64,000 bases of DNA, from positions 176,206,001 to 176,270,000 of the forward strand of contig NC_086097.1 of NCBI RefSeq assembly GCF_963921235.1, given 5' to 3'. The notes under the pieces are model-generated. The model had not been told where the DNA came from. It saw only the letters and a program-made list of their open reading frames with translations, and did no database searches. This document shows positions 23,852 to 37,374 of this stretch, piece after piece. The translations under genes and the position numbers were made by a program. Position 1 is the stretch's first letter. The number at the start of each line of letters is the position of its first letter. This stretch comes from Mobula hypostoma. Its lineage: Eukaryota.

Positions 23852-24617
23852 CGTTTAATTTTAGACTTTGTTACCCTGGGAAAAAGGCGATGGCTTTTAT
23901 CATATCTATGCCCATCTTGATTTTGTAAGCATCTATAAATCACTCCTCAGCCTCCTTCGCTTCAGGGAGAAAAGTCCCTGCCTTTGCTCAAGGAAAATAA
24001 TGAACCAAATGCTTTTTTTAAATGTAATCAGGCATTTACATGCCCCCATTATAGCCAGAGGCAATTCTACTGCAATGATTTTCCATAATGTCAATTGGTT
24101 ACAACATGACTGATAGATGAGAGAATACTATGTATTTTACTTGCACCACACTGGTGATAGCACGATCACAATCTGGATAACTTGTTTAAATCTGTGCTTT
24201 CAAGGCAACTGCTGGCTATTCTGCCATAACATGACTTTCTATAACACAAAGTTTCTGAGGAATGTAGTTATCACATTATTGCAGAATTCCTTGCCCTTCT
24301 CATTACCCATTTATTTAGTGAATTGAATTTAACTCCCAGATATCATGATGGGTCTTGAGCGGTTGATTTGATTATTAGATGAAAACTCTCAGTTTGAGTT
24401 TTGTTATTTAACCACTACGCTGCTGCACTACTTTTCAATGGACTTCTTTGCACTACAATTGATTTGTATTTTTTTTGTTCTAATTGTGTTTTTTTGGTAT
24501 TTTTTTTGTATAATTTAGCACATAGAACAGAAAACTAGAGTGCATTAAGGACCCTAAGGCCCACGGTGTGTTGCTGACTGATGTACTTTGATAATAAATT
24601 TACTTTGAATTTTATAC

Positions 24618-27600
24618 TGTAGATTTTCACAAATAAAAAGCGTGAGGCATTTTATGTTTAAGAAAAACCATAACAACTCATTTATTGTACTCCTAACCCT
24701 GAACACAAAGTACGGTAACAGAACTTCATGTAATTACTTCATCACCCCAGACCAGCCTGTTAAGGTGGATTCCAACTCGACGTCGGAAACTGTGAATTAT
24801 GTACATTTCCAACAATTACATTACCCTAGTCTGCCCCCTCCTCCCCAGAATTCACTAAAACCGGCATTGTGATACTGTTTAGAGCCACACTGCTTGGTCC
24901 TATGTTCCATGGGTGGAAGAACTGCTGGTACCCCTGGCTTGTACAGAGGTGTGTTGATACGCTTATGATCATGTTGTGACGGCAGGGACATGGTAGCAGG
25001 ATCCTCCAAATCTTGGTGGGCCAGTTTAAGGTGACCTACCAAAACACATTCAGATTTACCCCTCTTATCTATGACAAAAGTCTTTTCCCTCCATTCCAAA
25101 GTGTGGAATGGACCACTGTAACGGGGTCAGGGGGGCTAAGGAGATGTTGGTGTTTATCATGACAGACAAATACCAACTCAGCTGTGGGCGACTGCAGGTC
25201 CTCCTTTGGAGCTGTTCTGAGCCCCAGCAGAACTCACAGAAGACCATCATATCAACTCTTATCCATCAGAGAAGCCCTCAGAGCAGCCTTAAGGAATGGT
25301 GAAATCATTTGCATATGCCATTGGTCTGTGGGTGATATGCTGTGGTGTGATGTAGCCTAACTGCCAGGTTCTGGGCCATCGCAGACCAAAGGTCTATTAT
25401 GAATTGAGGACTATGGTAGAAGGAAATATCAGATGGGGTGCCAAACCAAACAACCCAGGTGCTGATGAATGCCTGGGTCACATCTGTGGCTGATGTTGAT
25501 GTCAGAGGGATGACCTCTGGCCCTAGTCACCTGGTGGTACAGTCCACCATAGTAAACCACTGGGTGGGGGGGGGGGTCACGGAGGAGAGCACCAATAAGG
25601 TCCACATTGACATGGTCAAACCATCATTCAGTGGCGTCAAAAGATGCCAATGGTGCCTGGACATGACAGATAATTTTTTCCATTTTTGCCAGCTGGCACT
25701 CCACACAGGCTGAAGTCCAATCACGCATGTCCTTTCTAAGGCTGTGCCACTCAGACTTTAGTGCAACCAGTTTCTGTGAGGCCTTCCGGCCTGGATGCAA
25801 GAGGCCATGTATGGAGTTAAAAACAGTTTGCAGCCACTGTGGGGTGAGGTTGATTGGTTGAGACATTGCATGGAGAAACCCCCATCTTCCCTGAACAGCA
25901 GGCCCATGATTGCTGTTCAGGTGAGCCTGGGCCTCTAAGTCAGTAGCTTGATTGGTTGCCATGCCAGCATAGTCAACCCCAATGTGTATTGCCTCAATAG
26001 CTAGCCACGAGAGGCAATTAGGCACGGTATTATTCTTCTCATTGATATGTTGTATATCAGTTGTGAACTCCGATATGTAGGCCAGGTGGTGTTGCTGCTG
26101 TGCAGACTAAGTGCCTGGTATTTTGGCCATCATGTCCGCGAGGGGCTTGTGGTCAACAAATGCTGTGAAATGGCAACCCCCTAGAGGTAAATGAAAATGA
26201 CAGACAGCCAGATAGAGACTGAGAAGCTCACAGTCAAACGTGCTGTACTTCCTTACAGGGTGGGGGTGGAGTGAAAACGGAGCTGTCAGCTGAAGGTGAG
26301 CAGCTGCCACATGCCTCTGGCCAACTGTTTGTGCACAGCACCCACAGAACAGTCTGAAATGTCACTAGTAATGGCCATGGGTGTGCTGGGGAGTGGGTGC
26401 ACCAGTAGGGTCACGTTGGTATCATCAAATGCCCTGGTCATATCTGCTGACCAGTCAAGCACACAATTAGGGGTATTGTCTTTAAGCACACAATACAGAG
26501 GGAGCACAAGTTCTACAGCTCATGGAATGAAGCAGTGAAGTTCACCATACCTAAAAACTTCTGTAGTTCTTTCAGTAGCGCAGGGCGGTGAGAGATTTAT
26601 AATAGCAGCAAATTTGGATGGGAGGGGTTTTGCACCTTCTGCGGAGACATGATGACCAAGAAGGTCAATGGTTTACAACTCAAATTGGTATTTAGCAAGG
26701 TTAGTGATCAACCCGTGCTGACTTAATTGTTCAAAAATGTGCAGAGATGAAATGTGCGTTGGATTTGCATGCACAGGCGATAAGTATGTCATCCAGGGCA
26801 ACAAAACGGAAATCTAAATCTAAAATTAAATTTGTCCATCAGCTGTTGGAAAGTCTGTACTGCATTTTTCAGCCCAAACGGCATGCGCAGAAACTCAGAG
26901 GCCAAGCGGGGTTATCACAGTCATATTGGGTATGTCTTTTCCAGCACACAAGCACCTGATTGTAACCCCTACCCAAATCGACTTTAGAAAAAATTAACAC
27001 TCTGGCTAAATGTGCCAAAAAGTCCTGGATGTGTGGGACTGGGTAACAATCAGAAGTGGTGACCTCGTCAAGACATTGGTAATTGTTACATGGGCAACAA
27101 CTAGCAGCGGACTTCAGGACCATATGGAGGGGGTGAAGCTCGGAGCCCGTTCAACCGGCATACAATACCAAGTCTTTCCATGTTGGAAAACTCAGCCTTC
27201 GCAGTTGCCAGCTTTTTGTATATTTTTATATATTGTATAAGCACGTGGACATGGACTGGTGGGCCAGTTGTGGGAATGTGGTGGTCGACCCCATATTTTG
27301 TGACTGTAGTGGAGAATATGGGCTTGGTGAGGTTTGGGAGTTCACCCAGCAGTCGAGTAAACTCACATGCGGTGGTGCATACGCCTGACAGAGTCATAGT
27401 GGGGAACTTGCTGGGGGAGCAGGGTAATGATCCAAAGTCCTTGACATCTACAAGTTGGCAGTTCTTCAGATCAACCAACAGCCCTTGGGCACACAGGATA
27501 TTTGCACGTAGCAGAGGTCTAGCCACTTTAGCCAGAACTAGAGCCCATGTGTAAAGTCGCCCATTGATGCAGAGCATCACCTGCCATGTCCTGCAAGTTT

Positions 27601-28679
27601 GGATCCTGCTGCCATTAGCAGTCTCCTGTGAGGTTTCATTGCTCTTTGCCTTCTCATCAATAGACAATGCTGGCAGTACCCATGTGACACAGGAAACATC
27701 ACTCTGAAAGGGTATCTGTAATAAATAGCTGACATCCCTGGTGGCTGGAACCCATGGTGTTCACAGGCCTTTGATGTGCTGACACTGTTGAAGCTGCAAG
27801 GCAGTTGGCACTTCCTAGTATTTGTGCCATGCCAGCATGGTAAAAGCACAAACCTGGCATTGTGTTTCACAGCCACGGGCATCCTTGTTTTGGGGCCTTG
27901 CTGACTGGGCTTATTGAGGTAGAGAAAGGAGGAAGAATGATGCACCCTTGCCTGGTGGAGTGTAAACTGTCAGCCATTTTAGCAAGCTCCCTATAGTCCT
28001 TCAAAGATGCATTAGCAAGGGCTATGCGAACCTGATCGGATGTTTGCTACACGAAGAGTTCTTTAAAAATAAAACAAGGATGGTGATTTCCAAGGAGAGA
28101 CAGCATGTGGTCCATTAGCTCTGTTGGCTTAGCAACCCCGAGGCTGGACAAGGAGAACAACTGTTTGGTGCGCTCAGAATCTGATAGGCCAGAAGTCTGT
28201 GAAAGCAGAGTTTTCAGCTATCGGTATTTATTGCGTTCAGAGGGGTGTTCTAGAAGATTCACCACTCTCGATGCAGTAGAACTGCTGAGTGATGCTACCA
28301 CATAGTAAAATTTGGGGTTGTCCATGGTGATTTCTCGCAGCATAAGCTGGGCCTTGGTTTGTACAAACCAAGCAATGGCATTTTTCTCCAAAAACTCTGG
28401 CAGTTTCAAAGCAACTGCATTGGCAGACATGTTCAATAACCCTGGAATCATCCTAAAGCATTGGGGTCATCAATGTAGGTCTTCGTAAATAAAAAAGCAT
28501 GAGGTGCTTCATGTTTAAAAACCAGAGCTCATTTATTGTTCTCCAAGCACTGAACACAAAAGCACGGTAACAGAATCTTACATAACTACATCATGTCAGA
28601 TCAGCCTCTTAAAATGAACCGCTAGTTAATGTCTGTGGTTGTGAATTATACACATTTCCACCAATTACACTGCCCTACA
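24618..28679 (-). mobile_element. Decayed near-full-length Gypsy LTR retrotransposon
   Basis: LTRs 28474-28679 and 24618-about 24828; primer-binding-site-like ttgatgacccc; purine tract at about 24830-24846 (minus strand); gag MSANAVALKLPEF..WFVQTKAQ; RT (YPVPHIQDF..IFSKVDLGRGYNQV); RNase H (TSDISDCSVGAV, KYSTFDCELL, VDHKPL); integrase (HGLLHPGRKAS..CVECQ). No matching TSD seen. Confidence 0.92.
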
Positions 28680-28683
28680 CTTA

Positions 28684-30800
28684 AACAGGAGAAAGTCTGC
28701 AGATGCTGAAAATCTAAAGCAACACCTACAAAATGCTGGAGGAGCTCAGCAGGTTAGGCGGCATCTATGGAAATGAATAAGTAGTCGATGTTTTGGGCAT
28801 TCAGGTCTGAAAAGGAAGGGGGAAGATGCCAGAATAAAAAGGTGGAGGGAGGAGAAGGAGACTAGCTAGATGGTGATAGGTGAAGCCAGGTGAGTGGGAA
28901 AGATAAAGAACTGGAGAAGAAGGAATCTGATAGGAGAGAAGAGTGAACCAGAGGAAAATGGGGAGGAGTGAAGGATCCAGAGGGAGGTGATAGACAGGTC
29001 AGAAGAGGCAAGAGGTCAGAATCGGGAAGAGAAGTGGGGGGTGGGGGGGGGGTGGCGGAGAGAAATTTTTTTAACCAGAAGGAGAAATCTATATTCATGA
29101 CATTAGGTTGGAGGCTACCCAGGTGGAACCTGAGGGTGGTCTTATCTTGGCAAAGGGGAGGCTATGGACCAACATGTCAGAATGGGAATGTGAATCGGAA
29201 TTAAAATGTTTGGCCACCAGGAAGTTCCGTTTATGGTGGATGGAGCGGAGGTGCTAGACGAAGTGGTCCCCCAGTTTACGACTGGGAGGGGGGCGGGGTG
29301 CTCTCACCAAATGTCGAGGATGCTGCATTGGGAGCACTGGACTCAATAGACAACCTCAGCAGATTTGTAGATGAACACTGCTTCACCTGGAAGGATTGTT
29401 TGGGCCCCGAGTGGGGGTGAATGAGCAGGTGTAGTACTTAGGCCAATTGCAGGGATAAGTGTCGGGAAGGAAAATTAGAGGGGAGGGACAAATAGAACAG
29501 GGAATCACAGAGGGAATAATCCCTGCAGAAAGCAGCGAGAGAGGGGAGGTAAAGATATGTTTAGCAATAGGATCCCTTTGGAGATGGCAGACGTTGTGGA
29601 GGATGCTGTGTTGCATGTGGAGATTCAAAGGGTGGTAGGAAAGGACAAAAGGAACACTATCACTGTTAAGGCGGCAGGAAGATGGGGTGAGAGCAGCTGT
29701 TCAGGAAATGGATGAGATGCAGGTGAGGGCAGCATCACTAGTGGAGGAAGGGATACCCAGTTCTTTGGAGGAGGACATTTCTGATGTCCTGGAAAGGAAA
29801 GCCACTTCCTAGAAACAGAGCAACACACATACAAGTTGCTGGTGGACGCAGCAGGCCAGGAAGCATTACAGGAAGAGGTACAGTTGACGTTTCGGGCCGA
29901 GACCCTTCATCAGGTCTCGGCCCAAAACGTCGACTGTACCTCTTCCTATAGGTGCTGCCTGGCCTGCTGCATTCACCAGCAATTTTTATCTGGGTTTCTT
30001 GAAATTCCAGCATCTGCAGATTTCCTCATGTTTGCGTTCCTAGAAACAGATGCAGCAGAGGTGAAGGAACTGAGAAAAAGAAATAGCATTTTTACAGGAG
30101 AGGGGGTGAGAAGAGCTATAGTCAAAATAACTGGGAATCGGTAGGTTTATAAAAGATGTCGGTTTGTCTCCTGGGATGGAGACAGATCAGGAAAGAGGAG
30201 TAAGGTGCCAGAAATGGACCAGGTGAATTTAAGGGCAGGGTGGAAGTTAGGGGCAAGGTTGATGAAATTGACAAGCTCAGGGTGGGTGCATAAGGCAGTA
30301 CCAATGCAGTCAACAATGTAACAGAGGATAAGTTGGACAGCATCACCAGGGAAAGCTTGGAACACAGATTGTTCTACGCGACCAACAAAGGGGCAGGCAT
30401 AGCTTGGTGTATGTGGGTGTCCAGGGCTACCTTTTGAGTCTGGAGAAATTGGGAAGAGCCGAAGAAAACAATTGTTCAGGGTAAGGGCCAGTTCTGCCAG
30501 ATGGAGGAAGGTAGTGGCGAAGGGAACTGGTTGGTTCTTTCCTTGAGAACAAAGCAGAGAGCTTTGATGCCTTCTTGATAGGGGATGCAAGTGTATAGGA
30601 ACTGAGCATCCATGGTGAATATGAGGTGGTCAGCACCAGGGAATTGAAAGTTTTGAGGAGATTGAGAGCATCAGAAATATCTTGGATGTAGGTGGGAAGG
30701 AACTGAACCAAGGAGGATAGAACAGAGTCGAGATATGATGACACGAGTTCAGTGGGGGTAGGAGCAGGCAAAGGCAACAGGCCTATCCGGACAGTTAGGT
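28684..30800 (-). mobile_element. Older Penelope-like element: RT, GIY-YIG and terminal repeat
   Basis: PTELVSSYLDSVLSSLVQFLPTYIQD, LAELALTLNN, PSYACPFVG and NFHPALKFTWSIS PLE RT motifs; 3' part homologous to 6935-8087. Confidence 0.9.
29820..30036. mobile_element. PLE-derived palindromic element with exact 14-bp TSD, nested in an older PLE
   Basis: TSD TTCCTAGAAACAGA at 29806-29819 and 30037-30050; inverted arms; minus-strand core CTGATGA-AGGGTCTCGGCCC-GAAACGTC. Confidence 0.92.
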
Positions 30801-31033
30801 TATATAAACGTACTTCAGGATCAATCTAAACCTTCCATCCTACACAGCCCATTGTCCTCCATTTTGCTTTCATCTATGTGCCCAAGACTCTCTTAAATAT
30901 CCCTATTGTATCATCCTTTACTGCCTCTCCTCCCTGTGTGTTTCAGCCTCCTTTTCTGTGTAAAATATCCATCTCTGACATCTCCTCTAAACTCCCCATC
31001 ACACATCTTAAATTGATATCCTCCTGTAATTTA

Positions 31034-33467
31034 CAGTGTCCATAAAAAGTATTCAAACCCCTTCGAAGTTTTCATGTTTTATTGTTTTACAACATTGAAT
31101 CACAGTGGATTTATTTTGGGTTTTTTTTTGACACCACTGATCAACAGAATAGACACGTTTATGTCAAAGTGAAAACAAATTTCTATAAATTGGTCTAAAT
31201 TTATTACAATTATTAAACACAATAATTGATTGCATAGTTACTCACCCCTTTCAAGTCAGTATTTGGTAGATGCACCTTTGGCAGCAATTACAGCCTTGAG
31301 TCTGTGTGGATAGGTCTCTATCAGCTTTGCACATCTGGACACTACATTTTTTCTCCATTCTTCATTACAAAACTGCTCAAGCCCTATCAAATTGCAAGGG
31401 GGCCATGAGTGACCAGCTCTTTGCAAGTCCAGCCACAAATTCTCAGTTGGATTGAAGTCTGGAGACTGACTTGACCACTCCAAGACATTAACTTTGTTGT
31501 TACAAAGCCATTCCTGTGTAGCTTTGGCTTTATGCTTGAGGTAATTGTCTTGCAGGAAAACAAATCTTCTCCCAAGTTGCAGTTCTCTTGCAGACTACAT
31601 CAGGCTTTCATCCAGGATTTCCCTGTATTCATTTTATCCTCTACCTTCAGAAGCCTTCCAGGGCCTGCTGGAGTGAAGCATCCCCACAACATGATGCAAC
31701 CACCATTATGCTTCACGGTAGGGAAGGTGTGTTTTTGATGACGTACAGTGTTTGCTTCATGCCAAACATACAAGCATTTAGTCTGATGGCCAAAATGCTC
31801 AATTTTGGTTTCATCAGATCATAGAACCTTCTTCCAGCTGTCTTCAGAGTCTCCCACATGCCTTCTAGCCAAGATTTCATGCAAGTTTTTTTTAAAAACA
31901 CTGGGTTTCTCTTTGCTACTCACCCATAAAGCTGTGACTGGTGAAGCACCTGGGCAACAGTTGTTGTATGCACAGTCTCTCCCATCTCAGCCACTGAAGC
32001 TTATAACTCCTCCAGAGTTGTCATGGGTCTCTTGGTGACCTACCTCACTAGTCCCCTGCTTGCACGGTCACCCAGTTTTTGAAGACAGCCTGCTCTAAGC
32101 AGACTTAGAGCTGTGCCATATTCTTTCCATTTCTTGATATTTGACTTAACTGTTCTTCAAGGGATATTCAATGACTTGAAAATTTTCTTGTAGCCATCTC
32201 CAGACTTGTGCTTTTCAGTAACCTTTACACAGAATTACTTGAAGTGTTCTTTTGCCTTTATTTTCTATTTTTTGCCAGGATACTGACTCACCAGCAGTTG
32301 GACCTTCCTGCTACAGGTGTATTGTTACTACAATCAATTGAAACACCTTGACTGCACACAGGTAATCTCCATTTAACTGATTATGTGACTTCTGAAACCA
32401 AATAGCTGCACCAGTGATGATTTGGTGTGTCAGATTAAAGGGGGAGGTGAATTCTTATGCAATCAATTATTTTGTGCTTTATATTTGTAATTAATTTAGA
32501 TCACTTTGTAGAGGTCTGATTTGGTTGGTTGTTGACTTCAGAAGGAGTAGCGAACCGCAGGACCCAATTTACATCGGTGGTGTGCAAGTGGAACAGTTCA
32601 AAAGCTTTAAGTTCCTCGGGCTCCATATCACAAATGACCTGACTTGGTCCAACCAAGCAGAGTTCACTGCCAAGAAGGCCCACCAGTGCCTTTACTTCCT
32701 GGGAAAATTAGAGAAATTTGGCCTGTCCCCTAAAACCCTCACTAATTTTTACAGATGCTCCGTAGAAAGCATTCTTCTAGGGTGCATCACAACCTGGTAT
32801 GGAAGTTGTCCTGTCCAAGACTGAAAGAAGCTGCAGAAGATTGTGAACACGACGCAGCACATCACACAAACCAACCTTCCGTCCGTGGACTCACTTTACA
32901 CCACACGCTGTCGGAGCAGTGCTGCCAAGATAATCAAGGACATGACCCACCCAGACAACAGACTTTTTGTCCCTCTTCCCTCCGGGAGAAGGCTCAGGAG
33001 CTTGAAGACTTATATGGCCAGATTTGGGAACAGCTTCTTTCCAACTGTGATAAGACTGCTGAACGGATCCTGACCCGGATCTGGGCCGTACCCTCCAAAT
33101 ATCCAGACTTGCCTCTCGGTTTTTTTGCACTACCTTACTTCCCATTTTTCTATTTTCTATTTATGATTTATAATTTAAAATTTTAATATTTACTAATTTT
33201 AACTTTTTAATATCTTTAATATTTAATATTTGTAATCCAGGGAGTGTGAAGTGCAGAATCAAATATCGCTGTGATGATTGCACGTTCTAGTACCAATTGT
33301 TTGGCGACAATAAAGTATGAAGTAAAGTAAAGATCTGTTTTCACTTTGGCATGAAAGAGTCTTTTTCTCTTGTCAAAAAAGCCCTATTAAATCCACTGTG
33401 ATTCAATGTTGTAAAACAATAAAACATCAAAACTTCCAAGCGGAGTGAATGCTTTTTATAGGCACTG
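31034..33467 (-). mobile_element. Full-length decayed Tc1 transposon with long TIRs
   Basis: TA duplication (31032-31033, 33468-33469); CAGTG..CACTG termini; roughly 215-bp inverted repeats; EWSSQSPDFNPTENLW..CAKLIETYPHRLKAVIAAKGASTKY C-terminus; frameshifted. Confidence 0.95.
32520..33330 (+). mobile_element. Young 5'-truncated Rex1/Babar LINE inserted in the Tc1 TIR
   Basis: VVDFRR..FKFLGLHITNDLTWS..FYRCSVESIL..CITTWYG..LPSGRRLRSLK..RFGNSFFPTVIRLLN with one stop; tail aataaagtatgaagtaaagtaa. Confidence 0.93.
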
Positions 33468-33631
33468 TATGTTTAGATGTTGTGAATGTTTTGTGCCGAA
33501 TATGATGTGCCTGTGATGCTGCTGCAAGTAAGTTTTACACTGCACACATGTATTTATGCATATGAAATAAATTTGACTTTAACCTCATTCCTCTATGAAA
33601 GCTACCTCATGATGACACTGATACTCATTTA

Positions 33632-34355
33632 TATAGAACTATAGACATAGAACATAGCATAGTACAGCATATTACGGGCCCTTCAGCCCACAATGTTGTG
33701 CCGACCCTCAAACCCTGCCTCCCATATAACTCCCCACCTTAGATTCCTCCATATACCTGTCTAGTAGTCTCTTAAACTTCACGAGTGTATCTGCCTCCAC
33801 CACTGACTCAGGCAGTGCATTCCATGCACCAACCACTCTCTGAGTAAAAATCCTTCCTCTAATATCCCCCTTGAACTTCCCACCCCTTATCTTAAAGCCA
33901 TGTCCTCTTGTATTGAGCAGTGGTGCCCTGGGGAAGAGGTGCTGGCTATCCACTCTATCTATTCCTCTTAATATCTTGTACACCTCTATCATGTCTCTTC
34001 TCATCCTCCTTCTCTCCAAAGAGTAAAGCCCTAGCTCCCTTAATCTTTGATCATAATCTATACTCTCTAAACTAGGCAGCATCCTGGTAAATCTCCTCTG
34101 TACCCTTTCCAATGCTTCCACATCCTTCCTATAGTGAGGTGACCAGAACTGGACACAGTGCTCCAAGTGTGGCCTAACCAGAGTTTTATAGAGCTGCATC
34201 ATTACATCACGACTCTTAAACTCTGTCCCTCGACTTATGAAAGCTAACACCCCATAAGCTTTCTTAACTACCCTATCCACCTGTGAGGCAACTTTCAGGG
34301 ATTTGTGGACATGTACCCCGAGATCCCTCTGCTCCTCCACACTACCAAGTATCAA
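33632..34355 (-). mobile_element. Young CR1 LINE 3' end
   Basis: Open 215-aa ORF (EQRDLGV..LYKTLVRPHLEHCVQFWSPHYRKD..TRGHGFK..FTQRVVGAWNALP) with a (CTAT..)n-type tail. Confidence 0.95.
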
Positions 34356-34609
34356 ATAACATGGTTAAAATATCATAAAATACTTCACAGGAAGGCTTTC
34401 ACAAAGAGCTTGACAGCTTGGTATGTGAAGAGCAATTGGATTGAGTTGTTTTGAACCTGGCCCAGAGGTTTTTTCCCCTCCTGAGGTTTCTGAACACCCT
34501 TAGTCGCCTCTCTCAGATGCAGTGCTGTTACTGTATTAGCTGGACTCTGACATCAATCACACTTAGTCTTCAATCACATTTTACCCACTCGTGCACAAGG
34601 AGTACATCT

Positions 34610-35030
34610 CGGTCCCTGACACCAAAGTGTTCCAAAGACTCATCCAGCTCTCTTCAAGGGCACCGCACTCCCCACCATAGGACATCTTCAAGTGCCTGTG
34701 TCTTAAAAGACTGCCATCCATCATTAAAGACCCTCCCCATCCGGGAAATGCCCTCTTCTCATGACTACCATCCAGGAGGAAGGTAGGAGTCTGAAGACTC
34801 GTACATAATGTTTGCAAACAGCTTCTTCCCCTCCGCCATCAGATCTCTGAATCATCCATGAACCCATAAACGTTGCCTCATTTTTGTGTTCTCTTTTTGC
34901 ACTACTTATTTTTAAAAATATATTTCTGATTGTAATCTTTTGCAATGTTTTATGCCTTGCACTGTGCTGCTGCCACAAAACAGCAAATTTCATGACATAT
35001 TGGTGATAATAAATCTGATTCTAACTTTGA
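34610..35030 (+). mobile_element. Rex1/Babar LINE 3' fragment
   Basis: SIIKDPPHPGNALFS.LPSRR..NSFFPSAIRSLN and tail aataaatctgattct; a second tail follows to about 35190. Confidence 0.8.
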
Positions 35031-35909
35031 TCTCTGAAAGGCTCAGGAACCCATGAATATTAATTCATTATTCACCTTTTGCACTATTTGTTTATTTTTG
35101 TAACTAATTTTATAATCTTGCACTGCACTGCTACCACAGAACAACAAATTTCACAACATATGTCAGTGATAGTAAACTTGTTTCTGATTCCAAATTATGG
35201 GGTTTGATTTTGCAAGACTGTCTCCTTGGGCTGAAGTTGAGTGCCAGGTGTGAGAAGCATCCATACAACATCTCCAGCTCATTACAGTTCCACTTGAGTC
35301 ATCATTATTGAGTAGTTCAGCATAGAAACAGGTCCTCAGCCCAACTTATCCATGTTGATCAAGATGTCTATCTACACTAATTCCATTTGCCTCTGTTCAT
35401 TACATATTGCTCTAAATCTTTCCAATTCATGTACTGTATTTGTCCAAATACTTTTTAAGCATTGCAATTGTAATGCTCTACCATTTTTTCTGGCAGGTCA
35501 TTGCATCTACCCACCACCCAAAAGTTGTCCTTCAGGTCCCCTTTAAAGCTATCCCCTCAGATCTTAAACTTATACCTTCTAGTTTGGGACTCCTCTGCCC
35601 TAGGAAATAGATTGTGACCTTATCTATGTTCCTCATTTTTATAAAGTCCTCATCAGGTCACACCTGAGAATCTTTGCCATCTCAATAGAGAGTCCAGAAG
35701 TTCAGTGGAATTACGGCATCTCTCTCATGAGTAAGATTTCAAAGGTGGAAGGAAAGGATGTGGGAACACTGGACCAGGAATGATGAGTGCTTCCTGGCGT
35801 GTGGTAGAGCAGGGGATGAGTTAGACTTTTGAACATTTCAATGATTTTGGAGAATGGAAGAAAGCATCTCAATTGAGGGAAGTTATCATTATTCCAGTAA
35901 TCGATGGTT

Positions 35910-36265
35910 ACTAGGAGTTAGAGAAATCAATGATAATGCCATCAGTTTGGAAATTACCAAGATGGAAAATGAGTTGCTGCTCTTTCATATGTGTCTGACC
36001 TCATTGTGGCAGTAGAGGAGTCTGTAATCAGATGTGTACATGTCAGTGTGGGAATTGGAAGAGGAATTGAAATAGATGGCTACCAGGAGACTTTGACTGC
36101 TGTGAAGGACAGAGCAATATTGCCTGATGAAGCACCCCACCCCCAATCTGTGTCAGGTCTCGGCGATGTGGAGGAGGCCACACCAGAAACACCGGATACA
36201 ATAAATGACCCCGAAAGACTCATAGATGAAGCACTGCCTCTCCTGGAAGGACTGTTTAGAGCACA
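35910..36265 (-). mobile_element. Degraded PLE GIY-YIG fragment
   Basis: Collinear with 7335-7680 (gttagagaa.tc.atg..atgccatcag.ttgga..; ctggaaggactgttt). Confidence 0.75.
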
Positions 36266-36509
36266 CAGAGAGAGCAACAGCAGAGATACAGGATGGGAGA
36301 ACTTCACATCGATGACTTCACTGGGTCTAAACAACACTGGGATATTCTGAAGGAGTGTATGAAGCACTATAGAAATGCTGGTCTTGCTTTTATTTATTTT
36401 TCGATGTTTGGCTTGAACTGACAACCTTTGCTAAGATTCCTGTTATTGGATCTGTTGCAAGAAAATAAAATAACAGGAGAATGCTACAATAAACAGTTGG
36501 ATCATTTGC

Positions 36510-36700
36510 TGCAACTAACAATCTGCTAGAGGAACTCAATGGGTCGAGGAGTGGAAAGGAAATGTCAATGCTTCAGATCAAAACCCTGTACCAGGACACA
36601 ATATTGACAATTCCTCCCCCTCCCCTCATGTGCTGCTCGATGCACTGAGTTCTTCCAGTAGGTTTTTATTTCTGCAGGTTCCACCATCTGTAGTCTCTTG
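36510..36700. mobile_element. Old degraded PLE-derived hairpin element
   Basis: ctgctagaggaactca..tgagttcttccagtag inverted arms and ccaccatctgtagtctcttg end. Confidence 0.55.
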
Positions 36701-36704
36701 GTAA

Positions 36705-37170
36705 ATTGGCTTATTATTATCACATGTAGCGAGGTACAGTTTTATATCTCTGTTTCGCATGCCATCCATACAGAAGATTTCACGAGTACGTCAAGCTAGT
36801 AGAAGGAAAGAGTAATAGCAGAATGCAGTATACGGCATTGCAGTTACAGGGAGAGTGCAGTGCAGGCAGACAATAAGGTGAAAGGTCATGATGAGGTAGA
36901 TTGTGAAGTCAAGAGCCTATCAGATCATAATAGGGGGCCGTTCAATAGTCTTACAACAGCAGGGTAGAAACTATGCTTGGAACTTCCCGGTGTCTGCATC
37001 TTCTGCTCGATGGGAGGGGGGGGGAAGAAAGAAAATTTGGAATGGGTGGTGTCTTTGATTATGCTGGCTGATTTACTGAGACAGCGAGAAGTATAGACAG
37101 AGTCCATTGAGGGGAGGCTGAAATCAGTGATGTGCTGAGCGGTGTCCACAATTTTCTGCAGCTTCTTGTG
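36705..37170 (-). mobile_element. Rex1/Babar LINE 3' fragment
   Basis: DTAQHITDFSLPSMDSVYTSRCLSKSASIIKD..SFYPAVVRLLNGP. Confidence 0.85.
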
Positions 37171-37374
37171 CTTCCTCTTTCCAGAACATTAGACAAACAG
37201 AAGCAGAAGTAGCCCATTTCTTCCCATGCGCCTGCTCTGCTTTCTCCTCAGTTGCCACTTGCTTGTACCAACACCAACATGTGATTCCTCTAAAATCTGC
37301 TTATGCACTCAGGAACTCGTCATAAAACACAGAACATTGTGCAGCACCAGAACAGACTCTTCAGCCCACAAAAC

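Noticed and set aside
28780..28810. Hammerhead motif in the older PLE terminal repeat, and the half element at about 52415-52492
   Set aside because: Core nucleotides are deleted or mutated; no intact CUGANGA/GAAA pair.
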